Positions 57,769 to 64,000 of a stretch of DNA of 64,000 nucleotides are shown one piece after another. A program made the position numbers and the translations under genes. Each line of letters opens with the position of its first letter. Within the stretch, counting starts at the first letter, position 1. The notes under the pieces are model-generated. The model had not been told where the DNA came from, did no database searches, and was given only the letters and a program-made list of their open reading frames with translations. Location: IMG/VR virus record IMGVR_UViG_3300030106_006452, positions 1 to 64,000 of that record; one strand, written 5' to 3'. Source of the DNA: a virus.

Positions 57769-58684
57769 TCATACTCCAATAAATATTAAAAATACTTTCT
57801 AGGTCGATCTGTAATGCCTCTTGTTTTAGATCTTCTGCTTCTGTTTTTGTAATAGATCCAATATCTTCAATATCAGAAGTATCTAATTTATAGACATCTA
57901 ATCCATATTCTAGAAGCAAAGATATAATTTTCATTGATTTATTTAAGGCATCTTCATCTAAACCAATGTAAACTTTTGTTTGTTTTTCAACAATCTTTTT
58001 GAACAACTTTGTTGTTTCTTTTAGAGTTGATCCCAATATAGGAATAGAATTTTTCATCTTTATGGAATCAAACGGGCCTTCTACTAAAGTTATCGGCTCA
58101 TTCCAATTGATCAAAAGATCATTAAAAATAATATTTTTTGACGCTGGAGGATTCTTATAAGATAGCCAATCACCACTATATGACCTGGCCGTGAAATAAT
58201 TACAATTACCCTCATCGTCAAAGGACGGTATTATTATACGCTTTTTATACTTACCTGTCAAGCAAAATCCTATCTTATGATACAATATATCTTTTTGTCC
58301 TATACCTCTCGACCAAAGATAGGATATTGCTTCATTAGCTGCGGGAGGTAGACCCTTCTTCGCTAGACACATATATTCTGGTGGGATATCCACAGGAGGC
58401 AACCTTTCTTCCGGCTGATTAAAAATCAAATCCATTGTAGAAAAGTCTACTTCTTGGTCTAATAAAGCCCAATCATGACGATCATCTATAGTTCCGAAGC
58501 GTTTTATAAGATAGGATATTGCACCTTTTGTGTCGCAAACCCAACATTTGAAAAAACCTTTAGTCACATTAACTGACAGTTTCTTTTTGTGGTGTTTGCA
58601 AAAGGGGCAATGATAAAGTGTTTCATCTCTTGAATCATATCCAGACCCAAGAACTTCTCGTAATATATTTTTTTTATTTCTCAT
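57758..58684 (-). CDS. DNA primase-like protein (Zn finger + TOPRIM)
   Basis: CPFC..H, CWVC, RIIIP, YKNP, VEGPFD, LDED. Confidence 0.85.
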   Translation of the reverse strand: MRNKKNILREVLGSGYDSRDETLYHCPFCKHHKKKLSVNVTKGFFKCWVCDTKGAISYLIKRFGTIDDRHDWALLDQEVDFSTMDLIFNQPEERLPPVDIPPEYMCLAKKGLPPAANEAISYLWSRGIGQKDILYHKIGFCLTGKYKKRIIIPSFDDEGNCNYFTARSYSGDWLSYKNPPASKNIIFNDLLINWNEPITLVEGPFDSIKMKNSIPILGSTLKETTKLFKKIVEKQTKVYIGLDEDALNKSMKIISLLLEYGLDVYKLDTSDIEDIGSITKTEAEDLKQEALQIDLESIFNIYWSMNEL

Positions 58685-59142
58685 TTAGAATGTTTGTCTG
58701 CGACTACTGAAGCTGCAAAAGAATCAGGCTTGATTTTACAAGCAAATCCAGATCCAACTGCGTAGCCTACTAGCATTTTAGCCATAGGTGAGGTTCTATT
58801 ATTACATTCTTCTGGTGAAATGTCAATATGTATTTCTACATTTGTTAATGGACACAGTTCTGTTATTTTCATAGCCATGTTTATTGACTTCTCTGCTTCC
58901 TTAAGAATACGGTTATAAAATCTATCAGGGTCATTATACTTTTCTATTTTATAAAAGTAAAGACCTCCTTTTTGATTTTCTGCGCCAATAAGGACGATAG
59001 TGGTTGTAAAAGTACATTTTCCCGTTTTTACGTGAGAGTCTGTACCTACAATAACCTGTCCTTTATTTTTATTATGAGTTTTTATTTTTTGTGTGATGTC
59101 GAAAAAATTTATGGATTTACCTGCACCGGTAGTCCAGTTCAT
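58681..59142 (-). CDS. RNase H-like YkuK family protein
   Basis: VGTDSH, RILKEAEKS, EIHIDI, IKPDSFAASVVAD. Confidence 0.8.
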   Translation of the reverse strand: MNWTTGAGKSINFFDITQKIKTHNKNKGQVIVGTDSHVKTGKCTFTTTIVLIGAENQKGGLYFYKIEKYNDPDRFYNRILKEAEKSINMAMKITELCPLTNVEIHIDISPEECNNRTSPMAKMLVGYAVGSGFACKIKPDSFAASVVADKHSK

Positions 59143-59651
59143 TTAAGCCCTGCCTTTGCCACCACTATCGCATCAGCAATATCAAAATACTTGGGTCTAG
59201 GATTGCCCTTGTGAGTATATTCTACACTAAAGTCAGGGCAATTGTCAAGCACCCATTGTAGAATTTGCTTCTTAGTATCTTTACCTTTTTCTACCTTTAT
59301 TTCATTAAGTTTTCGTGCTTGCTGGGCAGTAAAGTAAGTTGGTTGATGCTTGAACGTCTCATAACATATCCACGACACTGTACCATTAAACTTTTGCAAT
59401 GCTGCCATAGTTTTTGCTGTTGAGCCTCCGGAGCCAAAAAACATAAAAGGCTTCTCTATGAATACTTTCTGGATAGGATATTGAGCTTTGATTTCTTGTA
59501 GTCCGTCCTTAACATATTGAATTTTATCAAAAAATGTTTCAAACTTATTTTTATTTCTTGTGTCCCAAACGCCAGAGCGAATTATTTCACCTTGTGCGTC
59601 CAAGATACAAAAACCAGTTATACTGGTGCTTATATCCAATCCTAATATCAT
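59139..59651 (-). CDS. ruvC: RuvC-like Holliday junction resolvase
   Basis: ILGLDISTSITG, VFIE, DIADAI. Confidence 0.8.
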   Translation of the reverse strand: MILGLDISTSITGFCILDAQGEIIRSGVWDTRNKNKFETFFDKIQYVKDGLQEIKAQYPIQKVFIEKPFMFFGSGGSTAKTMAALQKFNGTVSWICYETFKHQPTYFTAQQARKLNEIKVEKGKDTKKQILQWVLDNCPDFSVEYTHKGNPRPKYFDIADAIVVAKAGLK

Positions 59652-59665
59652 TGTGGTTGTTTCCT

Positions 59666-60868
59666 TTAAATGTCTAGCTTTAATCTAAACGTGTAGTCTT
59701 TATCTTCTGTTTTCCTAATCGGCTTTGCAAGATTTGCGATGGCAATAAGATTTCTATTTTTATCATATATACCTATTTTTGTAATAAACGTTTGTGGTTT
59801 AAAATCCTCTTCGTATTCATAAAAAGAAGAACTCACAGTGTTTTTAACTTGAATAAAATTATTCTGAAAATACCCATTTGGACCGGTTTTAGATCCACTG
59901 TTTGTAGTTTTTAAGTGTGTGGGGTTTGAAGAGAAATTTAGATCGCCTTTTGGTGCGTCACAATTCATAGTAACAGAATTAGTATAGTTTACCCCTTGAA
60001 AACTTAAAGAAAAGCTAGCAGAATCAGTTAGATCGGCTGGAGCAAGGCCATCGTTGGCGCCTGCGGCGAAGTCTAACCATTGCCCTTGACGTGTTGGAAC
60101 GCCAAAATCATATGAAGCCTCTGTTAAGTTCCAACTTCCCGTTAAAAGAACAAAGCCTTCATTATATAAAACCATACCGGCCACTTTTCCTGATCCGTTA
60201 GTTTGTGCAAAGGCTGTGCCGCTAGTTTGAATTAGTTCTCCGTTTCTGTATAAATCCTCACAGCTAGCAACCAAAGTGCCAGAAATATAAAAGTCCAATC
60301 TAACAGAATTTCTACGAAGTTCTGAGCCATAAAAAATACTTGGTATGCTTATCAACGTAGAATTTGCTGTTGCTAAATCCCTTAATGAGGATGAAAAAGC
60401 ATAATTAGGACTTGTAATTTTGTAATAATTTAAAGTATTTTTTAAAGCCAACAAGTGTGAACCGGTCGGACTTGTACTAGAGCTAAACACCTCTCTTGTT
60501 ATTGATGCAGAGAGTGGGTAGCTACCTGTTATTATATCACCATATTTAAATTGATTAAAATCATTATCGCTAATTGTTGAAAAACAATTTAAAGAAGAGT
60601 CTTTTGTCACAAAAGGAAATATTTTTGCTTTTACACCGGTATCTGTATCTGGATCATATGTGTGATCTGAAAAATTTCTATCGACGTTAAGTTCATACAA
60701 ACTTATAAAACCGGTAGGAACGTGAGTTACGTTATCTACAAAAGCGCCTGCTATTTTATTTTTATTACTATAGTACACACTTGCACTATGGACAAAAAAA
60801 GTATTGTCTGCGTAGGTTTTGATCCTATTTCTAAGGATATCTTTTGGACCAAATTTATATAAAGGCAT
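59666..60868 (-). CDS. virion structural protein (baseplate/collar-like)
   Basis: C-terminal FITKIGIYD..LIAIANLAKPIRK..FRLKLD, paralogous to the next gene. Confidence 0.6.
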   Translation of the reverse strand: MPLYKFGPKDILRNRIKTYADNTFFVHSASVYYSNKNKIAGAFVDNVTHVPTGFISLYELNVDRNFSDHTYDPDTDTGVKAKIFPFVTKDSSLNCFSTISDNDFNQFKYGDIITGSYPLSASITREVFSSSTSPTGSHLLALKNTLNYYKITSPNYAFSSSLRDLATANSTLISIPSIFYGSELRRNSVRLDFYISGTLVASCEDLYRNGELIQTSGTAFAQTNGSGKVAGMVLYNEGFVLLTGSWNLTEASYDFGVPTRQGQWLDFAAGANDGLAPADLTDSASFSLSFQGVNYTNSVTMNCDAPKGDLNFSSNPTHLKTTNSGSKTGPNGYFQNNFIQVKNTVSSSFYEYEEDFKPQTFITKIGIYDKNRNLIAIANLAKPIRKTEDKDYTFRLKLDI

Positions 60869-60869
60869 T

Positions 60870-61979
60870 TTAGTAGTCTAATCTAACCCTCAAAGTAATC
60901 TCATTAGAAGGTGTTTTCTTTAACGGCTCTGATAATTTTGCAACTGCAAGAAGCTCATTGTCTGCAGAGTAAAGGCCAACAGTTGTAATATAAGAAACCG
61001 GTTGAGCTTTTGGATTGTCGTTTTTAACCCTGATTTTACTAGCATTTAAGTAAGTTGGGTTTGCACTATAATTGTAATCTTGAGTGTTGGCACGACAGAA
61101 ATAGATAGTTGAGTTGAGTTCTGTGGTGTTGTTAAAATCAACATTACTGAAATTATAACGAAGGCCATTTGCCAATTGAGTAATTGTTGAACCGGTTAAA
61201 CGATTGTTTACTGCGCGTTGAGTGCCGGCTCTTTCTGCGGTTGCTTGCGTTCTATCCGATGTGCTAGATGGATCTCCAAACGCGCCGCTAAAAAATGAAG
61301 CTGTAATAACTGCAATGCCTGCTTGATAGTAAATGTGACCAACAGAAAAATTTTCCGGGTCGGACGTATCTGAGCCGGTGAAAAGCAAACCATATTCACC
61401 AGAAGGAGAATTAACTTTGAAGCTTGTCGCTGCACCATAATCACCAATGATTTGCAACTCTTTTCTTTCGGTTTTTGCTAGAGCGGCATTGCCATCAATA
61501 AATCCGGCTGGTGCGCTGGCGGATTCAAACATCGACAATCTAAACGAATCTTTTTTAATTTCATCTTTAGTCAATAATCTAGAGAAGTTAAGAAAGAAAC
61601 ACTCTCTCATCTTATCGCCACCTGCTGCAATATTTCCATCGGCATCAAATACTTGTACGTTTCCATTTACATCGTAACCGTAAAGAACTTGCGCGTGTTG
61701 ATTATAAATATTAATCTTTTTGGCATTTTGAACATTGCTCGATGCGGAGAGTGCGCTATCAGCAGAATAGCCCGCAGAAATATCAAAAATATGATTTGCA
61801 GAGGAACTTAAAAAAGGATAGTCAAATACCGCCTCGTACATACCATGTGCGAATGTTTTGATATTTAAATCATCATAAGTACCCGATACTATTGTTCCAG
61901 TAACCGGTATAGCTTCGTGAAGAAGTGTTCGTGTATTAGCGATATCGCTGTTTAATAAAGTCTTAAATGTAGTAGCCAT
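60870..61979 (-). CDS. virion structural protein (baseplate/collar-like)
   Basis: C-terminal YITTVGLY..ELLAVAKLSEPLKK..LRVRLDY. Confidence 0.6.
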   Translation of the reverse strand: MATTFKTLLNSDIANTRTLLHEAIPVTGTIVSGTYDDLNIKTFAHGMYEAVFDYPFLSSSANHIFDISAGYSADSALSASSNVQNAKKINIYNQHAQVLYGYDVNGNVQVFDADGNIAAGGDKMRECFFLNFSRLLTKDEIKKDSFRLSMFESASAPAGFIDGNAALAKTERKELQIIGDYGAATSFKVNSPSGEYGLLFTGSDTSDPENFSVGHIYYQAGIAVITASFFSGAFGDPSSTSDRTQATAERAGTQRAVNNRLTGSTITQLANGLRYNFSNVDFNNTTELNSTIYFCRANTQDYNYSANPTYLNASKIRVKNDNPKAQPVSYITTVGLYSADNELLAVAKLSEPLKKTPSNEITLRVRLDY

Positions 61980-61995
61980 TTATTTTTCCTTTTGT

Positions 61996-62946
61996 TTAAG
62001 TGCTTAGTTTTTTAACAACTCTCACCGGTATATCTATCACATACCCTGTTGTTACGCCCGTAATTCTAACATTTGTATCAATGAAAGTAAGAGAATTTCC
62101 TCCTACATCAGTACCAATCGTATCAAAAAGATAGTCACTGGTGGCTGCATCTAATGAGGCTTGAAGGCCAAATCGGAATCTAGTTCCACGAGGACCTTGA
62201 ATAAGTTCATCACCTGGAGGAAGATTATCCGTACCGGCTGTTAATTCCCCAATATAGGTGCCGGCGCCTTGTGTGAAATAATATGATGCTATTGAGTCAT
62301 CATCTAGAAAAGCCTCTTGCGCTGTAGTAGAATTATTCAAATCATAAATAGTTAATAATCTTGAATCAACTTCTACCAGATATTGAGTCTCTTTCAATTC
62401 TGGGTCAATACTAAAGTTTGGTGATATTGTATTTGAATCCAAACCTTGATCGACTCTTATATAGTTACCGGCTAGGCCCGTCTTAGTAAAGCCATTTATA
62501 AACCCATTCTGAGCATCTAGTCCGCCGGCGGCGAGGCTTAATTGAGTTTCTATTGCGTCTTTCGTATCTTTATTTACATAAACAGTGTTTAAACCATTTG
62601 CGACCGCATTGGCTGCAGCCGGTAATTCAACACTAGCAAACTTTGTGTTTTGTTTTATTATAGGCAGAAAAAGAAGATTGTTGTTTGTCAAACTTATCAA
62701 TTTAGACTTCATCATTGAAGTGTTATTTGTAAACGCCTCAAATATTGGAGTCTGTAAAATCTCTAAATCATAATAGGCAGATCCAGATGGATGAAACCCG
62801 TTGTACGATGAATAATCGATCTCGTCATCACCAAAGGCAAATTTTGTAATCTTGAATGAGCCGTCTCCACGGGCGAGTCTTAAGCGCCCAGTATCTGTTA
62901 ATACGGCATCTAATATGATATCTCCTGAATTGTCTAAGAAAGCCAT
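61996..62946 (-). CDS. virion structural protein
   Basis: ILDAVLTDTGR..LARG..FKITKFAFGDDEIDY N-terminus; late motif and AGGAG SD upstream. Confidence 0.6.
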   Translation of the reverse strand: MAFLDNSGDIILDAVLTDTGRLRLARGDGSFKITKFAFGDDEIDYSSYNGFHPSGSAYYDLEILQTPIFEAFTNNTSMMKSKLISLTNNNLLFLPIIKQNTKFASVELPAAANAVANGLNTVYVNKDTKDAIETQLSLAAGGLDAQNGFINGFTKTGLAGNYIRVDQGLDSNTISPNFSIDPELKETQYLVEVDSRLLTIYDLNNSTTAQEAFLDDDSIASYYFTQGAGTYIGELTAGTDNLPPGDELIQGPRGTRFRFGLQASLDAATSDYLFDTIGTDVGGNSLTFIDTNVRITGVTTGYVIDIPVRVVKKLST

Positions 62947-62966
62947 TTATAATCTCCTCTTTTAAC

Positions 62967-62973
62967 TAAATAG
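62967..62973 (-). promoter_or_regulatory. putative late promoter motif CTATTTA
   Basis: Upstream of the structural operon. Confidence 0.6.
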
Positions 62974-62975
62974 TA

Positions 62976-64000
62976 TTATACATCATTTATGATATTTTTT
63001 GGATTTTTGAAATCAATATTTATATCTATTTTCTTACCAGTTTGCTTTGAAGTAATTCTTAATTTATATTTTTTACCGAAAACTACAGAGTTCATTGCAA
63101 CTGGTTGTTCCAGATAATCTCCAACTGCCTGATCATCACTATTAAACTCTAAATTGGGATAAGCAACGTTATTTTGTGACCTGTTGAGGCCCAACAACAA
63201 ATACTTTTGGAATGTCTTTGTAGGGGATAACTTTTCATTTAGAATCTTTCCTTGTTCCTGTCTTGGGTCAAAAGTGCTTACTAGTAAATATGGCGCAACA
63301 TTTTTTTCCGAAACAATCCTAATTTGATAAACTACAGTTGGGTTAGAAATCTTACCATGAACGTCGGTAGTCCTAAAAGTATAAAAATAATCTTTATTCG
63401 GAATGATGTTGTCAATAAAAGAAGTCTGGCCTAAATAAGTATCAAAAGAAATAGCGTTCTCCTGATCAGAAAACTCCATATAGAAATGTGGCTTAATTTC
63501 TGTTCTAAAAATAGTATAACTTTTTGGAATATCATCATTTTTAAAAGAGATCTCGCTTAAAAAATCTTCACTTGGTAAATTTACACCTTGACTTATTGCA
63601 CAATCATCAAATAAGCTTAAGTCAGAATCTGCTATAGGTACGACAGTTTCTTTTTTGTTTCCTACGGAGTTGTTTAACAAAAACAAGATTTTATTTTTAT
63701 TTCCCCTATATGGCACAACTTGCACTTGTGGCGGCATTGGAGGAAAATCTTCTACTCTAGTTAAATTAACAGCATCAGTTTGTACATTAACCATTGGAGC
63801 ATTATAATAAGGCACTCTTACAAACTGTAAATAAGGTTCAACTTCATATTCGTGTTCAAAAAATAGGTGCCCTTCTGGTACCGGTTCGGATACCGTGGAT
63901 TGTATACTTGGTGGGTTTATGCGCTTTGGAGAGGTCATTGTAAATAAGCCGTTCTGCTCGACTGTTTGCATCTCTTTCGCACGATATTTTGTACCAACAA
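62976..64000 (-). CDS. large hypothetical (probably structural) protein, 5' part outside the window
   Basis: Frame stays open upstream of ATG 63971 to the window edge; FN3-like YFYTFRTTD.HG.ISNP segment. Confidence 0.6.
   Translation of the reverse strand, partial: VGTKYRAKEMQTVEQNGLFTMTSPKRINPPSIQSTVSEPVPEGHLFFEHEYEVEPYLQFVRVPYYNAPMVNVQTDAVNLTRVEDFPPMPPQVQVVPYRGNKNKILFLLNNSVGNKKETVVPIADSDLSLFDDCAISQGVNLPSEDFLSEISFKNDDIPKSYTIFRTEIKPHFYMEFSDQENAISFDTYLGQTSFIDNIIPNKDYFYTFRTTDVHGKISNPTVVYQIRIVSEKNVAPYLLVSTFDPRQEQGKILNEKLSPTKTFQKYLLLGLNRSQNNVAYPNLEFNSDDQAVGDYLEQPVAMNSVVFGKKYKLRITSKQTGKKIDINIDFKNPKNIINDV

Noticed and set aside
1-64000. Stop-codon reassignment and tRNA genes
   Set aside because: Long genes are intact in code 11 with TAA, TAG and TGA all used as stops; no cloverleaf recognised in the short intergenic gaps (not confirmed by tRNAscan)

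Overview
This 64-kb window comes from a large, AT-rich, T4-like myovirus. Essentially every real gene is on the minus strand, uses the standard genetic code and often has an AGGAG-type Shine-Dalgarno (SD) site. Positions ~1-18.5 kb form a replication and nucleotide block: partial DnaE, class II ribonucleotide reductase, DnaB/gp41 helicase, FEN/RNase H exonuclease, RecA, gp32-like SSB, a divergent tubulin/FtsZ-fold protein, a bare family-A polymerase domain and GroES, with clean sigma70-type promoters. Positions ~18.5-54.6 kb are a complete morphogenesis block (baseplate, tape measure, tubes, sheath, neck, capsid, scaffold, bS21, protease, portal, terminase, fibres, holin/spanin-like genes) marked by a recurrent CTAnTTA upstream motif. 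Beyond that lie an Mre11-Rad50 fusion, primase, YkuK, RuvC and further structural genes. The most notable items are: (1) a phage-borne homologue of the myxobacterial gliding protein CglF/GltF, behind an SD-occluding hairpin and among other small envelope-targeted genes, which suggests a Myxococcota/Bdellovibrionota-type host; (2) a PvuII-like endonuclease plus beta-class methyltransferase pair; (3) a probable +1 (or -2) programmed frameshift in the tail chaperone; (4) shared N-terminal leaders on unrelated proteins that may address cargo to the capsid; and (5) a pervasive [ST]-[GAS]-[ST] motif in virion proteins. All family assignments come from motif recognition by eye and memory; no database searches were run.
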